From NCBI GenBank assembly GCA_964406045.1, contig CAYOQD010000001.1, positions 1 through 47,401 of the forward strand: a stretch of 47,401 nt of DNA, given 5' to 3'. The translations under genes were made by a program, and so were the position numbers. Below the pieces are notes generated by a model. It was not told where the DNA came from. It did not search any database and saw nothing but the letters and a program-made list of their open reading frames with translations. The DNA is from an uncultured Puniceicoccaceae bacterium (GTDB taxonomy: Bacteria > Verrucomicrobiota > Verrucomicrobiia > Opitutales > Coraliomargaritaceae). Below, one piece after another: positions 33,875-42,976 of this stretch (within the stretch, counting starts at the first letter, position 1; each line of letters begins with the position of its first letter).

Positions 33875-34876
33875 CTACTTTACAGGACTCCAAAAATACG
33901 TATCTCCTGAATTGAACACAACAAAACCATCGCCTGGTTGAAATTCAGAGGGGGCATTAAATTCACCGGTCGTATCATCCAGGTAAAAGGCCTCACCGAA
34001 TTGACCAGTTTCCGTATCATACGCCAAAACCTGATCTCCATCTTGCAGAGACGAACCAGCACGAAAGCCACTCTCCTTGAGTCCCAGATTCCCAAGCTGA
34101 AAGGCGCTGTCACCCTCAAAGCGCTTGTTATAATGGGAAGAAACAAAATTGTATCCGGGGTATAATGGAACATTAAGTGGCGCGTCAAAAACAAGACCTT
34201 GAATCCGGATGTCCACAGTTACATCGGTGCGCGGATCAAGCACCAGAAAACTAGTCCCCGGAAGAATTGCAGTCTCACCGGCATAAACAAGCCCCCCCTC
34301 TTCAGCACTGGTCCATCCGACATGCTCAGTGATCGTCGCATTTGACAGCCAGAATTTCTTAAATTCACGCCCATCGTAGAAATGTACCTGCATCGCCTTC
34401 AGATCAATCGCACCTGCGGGTAAAAAGGTACCATCTTCAGGAAAGATCTCATTCAGTGTGTAGAGCGCATGAACCGAGAAGGATTCATTGCCCTCAAGCT
34501 CACTCAAGGTCCCGGCAAAACCATCCTCCACGACCTCCACAGTCCTGCCCTCTGCACTCGATGCTCCCAGAAAAAACCATGCGCCCGCAGAACTGCCCTC
34601 AGTCACCCGCAGAATATAAGTAAACTGATCATCGATTACTGAAAAAGCCCCTGCCGTATCCTGAAAGACAGACAAATCGAGATCGACACCATCCAAACGG
34701 CCACGAGCGATCGCCCCCTTGAGGAAAGGCACACTCACAAGTTGTGATCGCGATCCAGCTTCGGAGATCCGTAATTGATGTGTCCCGGTGCGGCCAAGCT
34801 CGACACGAGCGCCACTCAGCGTGGACAAACTGAAACTCAGCGCAATCAGACTAAAAACTGTAATTTTATGTATCAT
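33875..34876 (-). CDS. TIGR02597-like Verrucomicrobia secreted protein
   Basis: Signal peptide; pattern LVSVPF...YILRVTEG..AGAWF...YTLNEIFP...ILPGTSFLV...GLV...GYNFV...GDQV...PGDGFVV, recognised from memory of the family. Confidence 0.6.
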   Translation of the reverse strand: MIHKITVFSLIALSFSLSTLSGARVELGRTGTHQLRISEAGSRSQLVSVPFLKGAIARGRLDGVDLDLSVFQDTAGAFSVIDDQFTYILRVTEGSSAGAWFFLGASSAEGRTVEVVEDGFAGTLSELEGNESFSVHALYTLNEIFPEDGTFLPAGAIDLKAMQVHFYDGREFKKFWLSNATITEHVGWTSAEEGGLVYAGETAILPGTSFLVLDPRTDVTVDIRIQGLVFDAPLNVPLYPGYNFVSSHYNKRFEGDSAFQLGNLGLKESGFRAGSSLQDGDQVLAYDTETGQFGEAFYLDDTTGEFNAPSEFQPGDGFVVFNSGDTYFWSPVK

Positions 34877-34895
34877 GATTCAACAAGTCCGGTTT

Positions 34896-37154
34896 TTACT
34901 GATTAATCGCTTGGACACGATATTGCCTTTTATGAATAACATTCCCTGCACTCGGATCCACCCAGACCATCTGCCCTCCACTTCCTAGCAAGGTTTCGCT
35001 CGTCTCGAACGTCTTCCAATTATTATCACTGTACTCGATCTCATAGGAACGGTCGCTCACACTAGGCCAGGAAACCCCGACCACCGGCTTGAGCTCCAAG
35101 AAATCAGTCGCATCGGTCGGATCCGTACCTGCAACCCACTCGTCATAATTACTCACCCCATCGCCATCGAAGTCTTCGTTCTCACCGCCATTGACGACGT
35201 CGGTACCTCCGAAATATTTGACCTCCCATTCATCAGGCAAACGGTCTTCACCGACCTCCGGCTCTGTTGGCGTACTATATTTACGAATGGTGAAATTAGA
35301 GACTGTATGGCTGCCCGTTGCAGCGACGACCGCGAGGGTATCAAGGCTTGAGACCTCGCCTTGGCTGGTGCGAAATGCATAATTGTTGGCTAATAGAATC
35401 TCGGGGCCAGTCTCTTCCGCGACATATACGCTATATGTGTGCGAGAGCACATTCCCTACGATTCTAAAGTGATAACTATTTCCGGCGGTGTAATTGACCA
35501 CACTATCTGCGCTATACACCCCCCCATTTCTGACATTGATTTCCCCTGCTTCACTAAAGCCTACGATGACTGCTAGATCATCCCATGCTGCAGCATTACC
35601 CAATGAAAGCCCGGTGGTCCCGTTCATGTTCGAGACGTTCGGCACCACGTCATACTCCGCGCTAAACTGCCCAGTCTGCACCTCAATGCTTCTATTCTGC
35701 CACTGAGTGGTGCTGAGCAATTCATCTGTTTCTTCGGGTGGTGTTACTGGCGGAGTTTCGACACCTTCCATGTCGGCGAACATAAACAACACACTAGGCA
35801 CAGAGGCGCTGGTGCCGCCCCAAGGCGGACCATATGAGCCCGACGGTGCGATTGAATCATCATAGGCGACTGAGCCTCGATTTTCGCGCCTGTATGCCTT
35901 ACGGATGCGCTCGTCCTTCCAGAAGCGATTTGCAATGGGCGAGAAAAAGATATCAACGACATAATATCTACGTTCTCCATTATCGTAGTCGGTATTATCA
36001 ATTCGATCGTCTTCTGTGACTGATCCAGAATCAAGATACCAGAGCTTTTCACCCTCGATCAGATCAAGGTGAGTCTCTACCACCAGTTTGAGATTTTTTG
36101 CGGGCTCAGTCGTGCATTCTGACCCCCAAATGCCCTCGGTAGTCGAGTAATTATAAAGATCTAAATCTCCCTGTAGGCGGAATGCCTCTGCGATCCATAT
36201 TGCCGTCTCCAAGCAACTGGAGCTGTAGTTGAGGCCGCGCATCTGCCTAGTCGAGTCGTTGCGCTGAAACTCAGCGACTGATCCGTCTGGGTAAACGTGG
36301 AATCGGATCCACTCTTCGACATACAGCTTGGCACGATCTTTGAGGGTGGCATCGTTTAGGAATATACCAGCAAGGCCAAAGAAATTAGCTCCTACCGCCC
36401 TCCGGTTATTATAAGCTCGACCAGCTGACGACACTCGGTTGTGTAAAATACCATTTGAATCTTGGTATGCGTAGCCTTTGGTAAATCCCTCCCCACCCGG
36501 CAGCGCTTTGTAGCCTAAACCAGTAGTATAATTGCGATCGTATCGGTTGGAAAAAGTTCCTTCAAGCTCGCTGTTGATCGAGAATTCAAACGCGTATGCC
36601 CAGTCAGAAATCCAAGCGTTAAAAGTGGTGCGCTCGGCTGTCGAAAACGAATCTTTAACAAAGTCGGCAATCATTATCATCCGCAGCATGTAGCCCGCGT
36701 TCCACCAGTTGCCACTGTCGGTTTTTAAGTATTGCGTGGGCGATATTTGCTGCCCCACTCCTTCATCGCCGAGGCGGGTGGCATGCCACATCAGCTCGTC
36801 TTTCACCGTTTCAGCCAGGGCGCTGTCCTCTTTGACCAACGCATAAAATGCCGCGTCGAGCATTTTAATGTGCTCGGTGATAGCAAAGCCGTTGTCCGTT
36901 ATAATTTCGTAAGTTTGGCGCCGATCAGCCTGCGGATTTGATACGAACACGTTTTTATTGGCCACGATGCGCTCCCACTCGCCCGGAACGAGAGGGTCAA
37001 AGGCGTCGCCCATAGATTTATAAGGTCCGTTAACAGCGCGATCCCTCCACACCTCCAAATCACTATCACTCCATAAGATCCCGCCTCCAATCAGGGCGTT
37101 TGACAACACAGTGACTGAGAATGCGAATGCAATGAATATATTTTTTAAAACCAT
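34896..37154 (-). CDS. Secreted alginate-lyase-like (alpha/alpha toroid) protein with beta-sandwich accessory domain and Verrucomicrobia-type C-terminal domain
   Basis: Signal peptide; ERTTFNAW, YNNR, PDGSVAEFQR...GLNY pattern resembling PF05426; QTGQFSAEYD...RNGGVY...YHFRIV...TYSVYV sandwich; DFDGDGVSNYDEWVAGTDPTD...RQYRV. Confidence 0.6.
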   Translation of the reverse strand: MVLKNIFIAFAFSVTVLSNALIGGGILWSDSDLEVWRDRAVNGPYKSMGDAFDPLVPGEWERIVANKNVFVSNPQADRRQTYEIITDNGFAITEHIKMLDAAFYALVKEDSALAETVKDELMWHATRLGDEGVGQQISPTQYLKTDSGNWWNAGYMLRMIMIADFVKDSFSTAERTTFNAWISDWAYAFEFSINSELEGTFSNRYDRNYTTGLGYKALPGGEGFTKGYAYQDSNGILHNRVSSAGRAYNNRRAVGANFFGLAGIFLNDATLKDRAKLYVEEWIRFHVYPDGSVAEFQRNDSTRQMRGLNYSSSCLETAIWIAEAFRLQGDLDLYNYSTTEGIWGSECTTEPAKNLKLVVETHLDLIEGEKLWYLDSGSVTEDDRIDNTDYDNGERRYYVVDIFFSPIANRFWKDERIRKAYRRENRGSVAYDDSIAPSGSYGPPWGGTSASVPSVLFMFADMEGVETPPVTPPEETDELLSTTQWQNRSIEVQTGQFSAEYDVVPNVSNMNGTTGLSLGNAAAWDDLAVIVGFSEAGEINVRNGGVYSADSVVNYTAGNSYHFRIVGNVLSHTYSVYVAEETGPEILLANNYAFRTSQGEVSSLDTLAVVAATGSHTVSNFTIRKYSTPTEPEVGEDRLPDEWEVKYFGGTDVVNGGENEDFDGDGVSNYDEWVAGTDPTDATDFLELKPVVGVSWPSVSDRSYEIEYSDNNWKTFETSETLLGSGGQMVWVDPSAGNVIHKRQYRVQAINQ

Positions 37155-37437
37155 GAGGCACTTATTGGAGCGAAAAACACTGTCCGTAAAGTGCTTACAG
37201 GCCTATATAGATGTTTTAACAAGCTCTTAATCAGCACTTAACAGCGCGTTTACAAGGCATAGGACATACCCCCCAGTATCCGCTAATCAACCTACTTCAG
37301 TCACCGAAAAATACGTACCAACAAGAAACAGTTCTCACCGAGTTAGGGCTCACAGGTGTGTCCAACTCTATTACGTGGGCCCGTTCCCGTGCCCTGCCCC
37401 GGTCTGGCCAAATTCCATTGTAAAAAAATGCGTAAGC

Positions 37438-38913
37438 TCATTTCTGTAGAAACATTTTTAATATCTCACGAGTTTCCTTATCGAAAACAGCCACCAAGGC
37501 CGAGTAGACCGAACAACCCAAGCAAACCTTTAAAATCAACTCGAAGGTTACATTCTTCAAATTAAACAAATCAAGACTGTAGACACTCAGTGACATCAAA
37601 ATCGAGAATACGACTACCCGAATCAGGTGCTTAATGATTTTTCGATAATCGATTCCAAAGCATTTGTTCATGTAGAGATGTATAAAAGGATCTGTAACAT
37701 ACCGACTCATCACAATGCCGAAAGCAATCCAAATAATATTACGACCAATCATATATGCGAGCCCCATACCGCCTAACAGTACCAATGCCCTGAACAAATT
37801 TAATATTAAGCTCACATCCGCACGCCCCTTGGCGAGTAAGATCGATCCGACCGGATTACTAATAGCCCACATCAGAGCCCCGAAAGAAAGAATTTGTAAA
37901 ATCGGAACAGCCGGCTCCCACCCCGCACCAAAAAAAACTTTAAAAAATGTCGGAGCCGTGATAATTAATCCGATATATATTGGAAAGTTTGTAGTCATTA
38001 ATGCCTTCATTGCCAATGTGAAGTATTCATTCATCTTGCCGAGATCTTTTTGGATGATGGAGAATACCGGGAATGTCACTTTAGTAATGTTAGGGTTTAG
38101 CGTCATCACAGGAATAACGACAAGAGTATGGGCTACCGTGTAATAGCCGAGCAGCTCAGCCCCCAAAAAACGACCAATAAATAGTTTATCCAGATTCGTG
38201 GACAGTATCTTTATCAATCGTTCGCTCACTTGATAGGCTCCAAATAGTAATAGCGACTTAGACTGTCCTAGACTGAAAGCCATGCTCGGCCTATTATATT
38301 TAATACCATGAATTGTGAAAATTGAGCTGGATACAACAGCGCCCCCCAGCCGGCCAAATATTAACGAATAAACCCCATATCCAAACAGTGCCAATGTAAC
38401 CGAGATAAAAAATCCAGCGAGTACAGCAGCAGTTCGAGCTTTTGCCGGAAGACCGAAGTTCAACTCCTTCTCCATTAACTTTTCGAACTGACTACCGACC
38501 GGGCTAATCAGAAAAACTAAAGCCAACAGTGGCAACAACTGGACCAGCCTCTGCTCATCGAAAAAGTCTGCAATTAAGGGACTGATCAAAAGCACAAAAA
38601 CGAACATCACTACCCCAACCAAGAGATTCAACCAATACAAGGTAGATAACTGCAGCTTAGTAATATCATTCTTCTGAATAATTGCACTACCGAGGCCCAT
38701 CTCTGTGATCGGACTCGCAAATGCCACTACAGTCAGTAACATCCCCATCAGGCCAAAGTCAGACGGGCTAAGCAGGCGCGCCAGAATCGGAGTCTTAATC
38801 AATAAAATAATTTGCCCGAATATTACAGTAAACCCGGTCCACTTGACGCCGTTGATTATTTTGTTACTAAGCGTCGCCCCCCCCTCAGATTGCCCTATAT
38901 GATAGATCGCCAT
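37438..38913 (-). CDS. wzx: Wzx (MOP/PST family, WzxC-like) polysaccharide flippase
   Basis: GVKWT, ILARLLSPSDFGL, MGLGSAIIQK, LSTLYWLN, NLDKLFIGRFLGAELLGYY, LLAKGRAD; many TMs. Confidence 0.92.
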   Translation of the reverse strand: MAIYHIGQSEGGATLSNKIINGVKWTGFTVIFGQIILLIKTPILARLLSPSDFGLMGMLLTVVAFASPITEMGLGSAIIQKNDITKLQLSTLYWLNLLVGVVMFVFVLLISPLIADFFDEQRLVQLLPLLALVFLISPVGSQFEKLMEKELNFGLPAKARTAAVLAGFFISVTLALFGYGVYSLIFGRLGGAVVSSSIFTIHGIKYNRPSMAFSLGQSKSLLLFGAYQVSERLIKILSTNLDKLFIGRFLGAELLGYYTVAHTLVVIPVMTLNPNITKVTFPVFSIIQKDLGKMNEYFTLAMKALMTTNFPIYIGLIITAPTFFKVFFGAGWEPAVPILQILSFGALMWAISNPVGSILLAKGRADVSLILNLFRALVLLGGMGLAYMIGRNIIWIAFGIVMSRYVTDPFIHLYMNKCFGIDYRKIIKHLIRVVVFSILMSLSVYSLDLFNLKNVTFELILKVCLGCSVYSALVAVFDKETREILKMFLQK

Positions 38914-38972
38914 CCTTACTAACTAATCACACAAACGAAGAATAAGAGTGAATCAACAACTATAACGGCGAG

Positions 38973-39782
38973 CTATACCTTATAGCCGAGTTCCATTAGA
39001 AGCTCAACAGCCTCCTGGTTCTGCATAAATTGCTGAACACGCGTTTTGTTCTTTGGGTCTCTCCATTTTCCGACTGAACCGGAAAAAAGTGGTTTCACCT
39101 CTCCCGACCAAGCCCTGTTTTTTTTGACTGTAGTATTTTTGTGCCAATTCATAATGGAGTCACTGTTTTTTAGATCCAGAAAACAACAGAGATCCCTAAT
39201 CTCTGCATCATAATTGTTTATAATGTCCTCATATCTAATCGTATAAACATTGTCATGCCCCTTGAACTCCAACCCCTTCTTAACATCGCAAGTCCACCTT
39301 TCTGACTCCACCCAATATTTCGATTTATCAGTCGGGTGCGTTGATAAAGTGACGTCTCTACCATCACGGATAATATGAACTAACTTAACATTACCATTGA
39401 ATAAATCTAAAATCCTATCGAAGTGTTGAATATTAGCCGGTGTTTTCTCACACCATCTAATGTGCCCGTTAGGGACATCTTTAAAATTAGCTCCATAAAA
39501 ATAATTCAAACTGAACTTGTAGCTTGGATACAGAATCCGTGGTTCATCGGCAACAAATGATCCCGTTTCAATTGGAATAGCAAATACGTCCGGGTGTGCG
39601 GATAGGATCGAAAGAAGTAGTGTGGTCCCGGATCGGCCGCAGCCTCCGATTATGATCGGATTGCCAACAAACTGCTTTTCAATACTGTTTACTATCAGTG
39701 AACCTCTCGATACAGTTCGAATATAATGGTATGCTGTTGCCAATCTAACATTGAATGCATTGATTATTTCTTTGTGATTCAT
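38973..39782 (-). CDS. PAPS-dependent sulfotransferase (Sulfotransfer_3 type)
   Basis: 5'-PSB GCGRSGTTLL, WCEKTPAN, 3'-PB IIRDGRDVTLS, IRYED, SVGKWR. Confidence 0.9.
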   Translation of the reverse strand: MNHKEIINAFNVRLATAYHYIRTVSRGSLIVNSIEKQFVGNPIIIGGCGRSGTTLLLSILSAHPDVFAIPIETGSFVADEPRILYPSYKFSLNYFYGANFKDVPNGHIRWCEKTPANIQHFDRILDLFNGNVKLVHIIRDGRDVTLSTHPTDKSKYWVESERWTCDVKKGLEFKGHDNVYTIRYEDIINNYDAEIRDLCCFLDLKNSDSIMNWHKNTTVKKNRAWSGEVKPLFSGSVGKWRDPKNKTRVQQFMQNQEAVELLMELGYKV

Positions 39783-39865
39783 TATTAATGATTATTTGAA
39801 TGCGCTTAGTGGATATTTTTCGGTATAAATTAAGCCGCCCTCGGATGAGTGCTCAGATGGTATTA

Positions 39866-40669
39866 TTAGTAATCCTGTAATACTTTTTTAATCCATTGAT
39901 GTGTAAAAAAAATAACAAACCTGGGATTATGCCACGCATAGCGTCGCCACAGTCGTCGAGGCTCCATCATTAACCTGAAAACCCATTCCAGCCCGAGCGA
40001 TTGCAACCATGAAGGTGACTGTTTGACGCTACCACTGTGAAAATCGAAGGCAGCGCCGACTCCGAGCATCGGCATAAAAATTCGCCCCTTGTGCGCGCTC
40101 ATCCATTTCTCTTGCTTGGGGCAACCGATACCAACAAATAGTATTCGAGCACCCGACGCCTCAATCTTCCGCGTATACTCAACATCTTCCTCCGTGGTGA
40201 GTGCCCTGAATGGCGGTGCGATTGAGCAAGCAATTTCAATCCCCGGGAAGCGCACCTTCAAGACCTCTGCGAATTCCTTAAGACGTTGCTCCGTCCCGCC
40301 GTATAAACCGATTGGCAACTTCTGTTTCGCAGCAGCTTCACAGACATGTAAAGTGAGATCCGGTCCATAAACGCGAATTGCCGATGGAACACCCAAAGCG
40401 CGAAGACTCCAAACCAGCGGAACGCCGTCAGGGGTAATCAAATCGCTGGCATTGATAATTTCACGGAAATCCGGATCGTCCCACCCCTCCATCACCATAT
40501 GCACATTTGACAGACAAACGTATCTCGATTCAACACGTTTCGCCCAACTCAAGACGCGCTCAGTAGCGTCCGCATACGAGGTCGCATCTAGACGCTGGCC
40601 GAGCACATACCTCTGCTCTAGCGGTGGATTCATTGGCGCTGGTGACTGGTAATCTACGTGTACTTCCAT
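39866..40669 (-). CDS. WecB/TagA/CpsF-family glycosyltransferase (GT26)
   Basis: NVHM, PDGVPLVW, RVYGPDL, PPFR, VGIGCPKQEKW, GVGAAFDF, GLEWVFRL.EPRRLWRRY; start may be ATG 40633. Confidence 0.93.
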   Translation of the reverse strand: MEVHVDYQSPAPMNPPLEQRYVLGQRLDATSYADATERVLSWAKRVESRYVCLSNVHMVMEGWDDPDFREIINASDLITPDGVPLVWSLRALGVPSAIRVYGPDLTLHVCEAAAKQKLPIGLYGGTEQRLKEFAEVLKVRFPGIEIACSIAPPFRALTTEEDVEYTRKIEASGARILFVGIGCPKQEKWMSAHKGRIFMPMLGVGAAFDFHSGSVKQSPSWLQSLGLEWVFRLMMEPRRLWRRYAWHNPRFVIFFTHQWIKKVLQDY

Positions 40670-40718
40670 CTCGATTTAAAAAGTTCTATGAATGCGTCGC
40701 TCTGTGTGCATGGCAGGA

Positions 40719-41624
40719 TCAAAACAGCGCGCGCGCTTTACGATACAACCAACGTAGTCGAACAGGAAAAGATTTACTATGGGTTCCATCTTCGAACCAG
40801 TGGTCGATCTTCGGGTCGATCGCCAATGCTTGCGGGTGACAGAGCGGGAAACCTTGCTCGCTCGCAGCCACTTCCAACCCGGCAAAATGTGCGGTCTGCG
40901 TACCCTCGTCATTAAAGCCGATATTTTCTGTTAGATTGACTCGTGGAATAATCACACATCCAGAATGCTTCCAGATTGTGAGTAGAAAACGGTAGGCCCA
41001 AGTATCCCTGCGGTTTCGATCCACCTGACCAAACATCCATGTCCAATAAAGACGCGCCCTAAAATTGTTAAACACTCGCCGGCAAATCGAATCCCATGTT
41101 TTTTTATCCCGCCACCCGCTGATCGTTGGATCGAAATGATCCCAGGCGCGTTTCCATGTGGCCCACCCCCAGCATTCAAAGTAATTTGAAAAACCATAAT
41201 CGTCATCGATGACAAGTGGCTTAGGCCGCCGATGATGCCCCGAGATGGCAAATACCTCGGAGGAGTCAGCATACCGCGCCAGTAACTCTTCGCAGAAACG
41301 AAAGAAAGAGGGGGTGGGAATAACATCGTCCTCAACGATAATGCCAGCCCCGCAATCGTCTAAAAACCAAGTGATTCCACCGGAGACACTCCGAAAGCAG
41401 CCTAAATTATCATCGCGATAGAGCCGTTTCACCTCACATTCCCATGGAAGATTCTCCAACAAGACACGCACCTCTGCGACCTTCTCGGCCTCGCCGGGGT
41501 GATCGGCGCGCGGACCGTCACAAAGCAACCAGACACGCTTCGGCGCAACAGGCTTCAACGCCTCGATCTGCCTGCGCGTGCTTTGCGGACGATTGAAATG
41601 GATGAGTAAAACTGGTGTGTTCAC
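40719..41624 (-). CDS. GT-A fold nucleotide-diphospho-sugar transferase (HlpA-like/GT2-related)
   Basis: HFNRP, DGPR, NLGC, GITWF, IVEDD, WGWATWKRAW, NLTENIGF. Confidence 0.85.
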   Translation of the reverse strand: MNTPVLLIHFNRPQSTRRQIEALKPVAPKRVWLLCDGPRADHPGEAEKVAEVRVLLENLPWECEVKRLYRDDNLGCFRSVSGGITWFLDDCGAGIIVEDDVIPTPSFFRFCEELLARYADSSEVFAISGHHRRPKPLVIDDDYGFSNYFECWGWATWKRAWDHFDPTISGWRDKKTWDSICRRVFNNFRARLYWTWMFGQVDRNRRDTWAYRFLLTIWKHSGCVIIPRVNLTENIGFNDEGTQTAHFAGLEVAASEQGFPLCHPQALAIDPKIDHWFEDGTHSKSFPVRLRWLYRKARALF

Positions 41625-42922
41625 AACGCGGCTCCATTCTTTGCACCAAAAACTTTGTCTTCAACGCCTAGGCACTTACAGACCCGATAAAGTGCATCGA
41701 TCTCCTCGGCAATCGACTGGATAACCGCCTCGCAGCTCTTGCCTTCGGTCTGGATGCAGATATCTCCCTCGGTCATTACGTCATTTAACCCCGAAAAATC
41801 CAGAGCCAGTAGTCGCATGCCGTGTAGCTTGGCTTCCATCGGTGCATAGCCACCTTCACCATGCAGGGTTGGAAAGACGAAAAGATCGTGCGCTAAAAAA
41901 TAGAAAGAGAGGTCACAGCGGGGCACCGTCTTGGGATCGACAAAGACCACGTTCAGTCCTTTCTCTTCAACATAATCCTCGTAAAGCCGTCGGGCGGGCC
42001 CATCCCCCATGATAGTAAAAGTATACCGCACATCTTCAGGCAAACACGACAAGGCACGCAGGATTATTATCACGCCCTTCCATTCCAACAACTTTCCCGT
42101 GTAGAAGAGCTTCAGAACAGCAGGATCGGTCAACACCTGCCCACGCGCTTCATCTATTTTGAAATCTTTCACGTCCACGTAGAGAAAGTCCTCTTTTACG
42201 ATACATTTCTTGCGCGCAAATTCCGGTATAATTGCCTTCGTCGAGGCATTACCCACATGTATCTGACTCGCCTTGTAAAGTGTCAGCAAGACGAATGGAT
42301 CCAAAAAAGAAACGCGTTGCACAAACATCCTTAGAGATTCTTTCAATCTCGCTAGAGGCGAAAAGAAGCAGCGAAACCGATGCGGGAATCCCCCCCCACC
42401 TGTGATCGGATCCAGATGTAATTTCTTCGAAAAATACCAAAGAAAAGAAGGCCAACGATAGGATCCATAAGTGCTTTTGATACCCAAATCAAAAGTGTTC
42501 CTACGAAACCTGCGGCGCATGTGAAAAAACAAACGAAACTCCCAGACATAAGCATACAACTGATAGCCCATCCCCGGTATCGTTTTAAGGAAGAAATCGA
42601 CGCTCTTAGAAAAATCAACCAAGTGCACAACCACGTTGTCCAAACCGTGTTTCTGAACCTGTGCCTCAATGTACGGATTCACAGTTGCTGAGGTGAACAG
42701 ATAAACCTCAGTCGAACGCGCTGCACATTCCTTTAGACCTTTCCAGCCCAGCTCATGCTCACTGCCTCTATTTTCACTGCAAGCAAAAGCTGAAATTGCT
42801 GTAGCTATAGGGTGTTTCTCCGACAGGGTGTCGCACCTGCTTTCACTGAGTATTTCTGTGCTAGCATCAACGTCAGTCTCCTCTTCGATTCCTACATTAA
42901 ACTGAGTACCACCAGCGTACAT
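41621..42922 (-). CDS. Glycosyltransferase family 4 (GT-B)
   Basis: SAFAC...GSEHELGW, GKLLEWKG, GDGP, DLFVFPTLHGEGGYAPMEA; start uncertain. Confidence 0.85.
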   Translation of the reverse strand: MYAGGTQFNVGIEEETDVDASTEILSESRCDTLSEKHPIATAISAFACSENRGSEHELGWKGLKECAARSTEVYLFTSATVNPYIEAQVQKHGLDNVVVHLVDFSKSVDFFLKTIPGMGYQLYAYVWEFRLFFHMRRRFRRNTFDLGIKSTYGSYRWPSFLWYFSKKLHLDPITGGGGFPHRFRCFFSPLARLKESLRMFVQRVSFLDPFVLLTLYKASQIHVGNASTKAIIPEFARKKCIVKEDFLYVDVKDFKIDEARGQVLTDPAVLKLFYTGKLLEWKGVIIILRALSCLPEDVRYTFTIMGDGPARRLYEDYVEEKGLNVVFVDPKTVPRCDLSFYFLAHDLFVFPTLHGEGGYAPMEAKLHGMRLLALDFSGLNDVMTEGDICIQTEGKSCEAVIQSIAEEIDALYRVCKCLGVEDKVFGAKNGAAL

Positions 42923-42976
42923 ACATACTTTTACGTTAGGTTTATTGTCGACATCACGCTATACGACTACCAAAAA

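Noticed and set aside
37185-37255. LacI/CcpA-like operator (GTAAAGTGCTTACA) upstream of the lyase-like gene
   Set aside because: Only one good half-site and no regulator nearby.
26677-37317. Shared AAAATACGTA word in two upstream regions of the glycan locus (26677-26686, 37308-37317)
   Set aside because: AT-rich 10-mer that also occurs inside a coding region (about 33893-33902); not distinguishable from chance.
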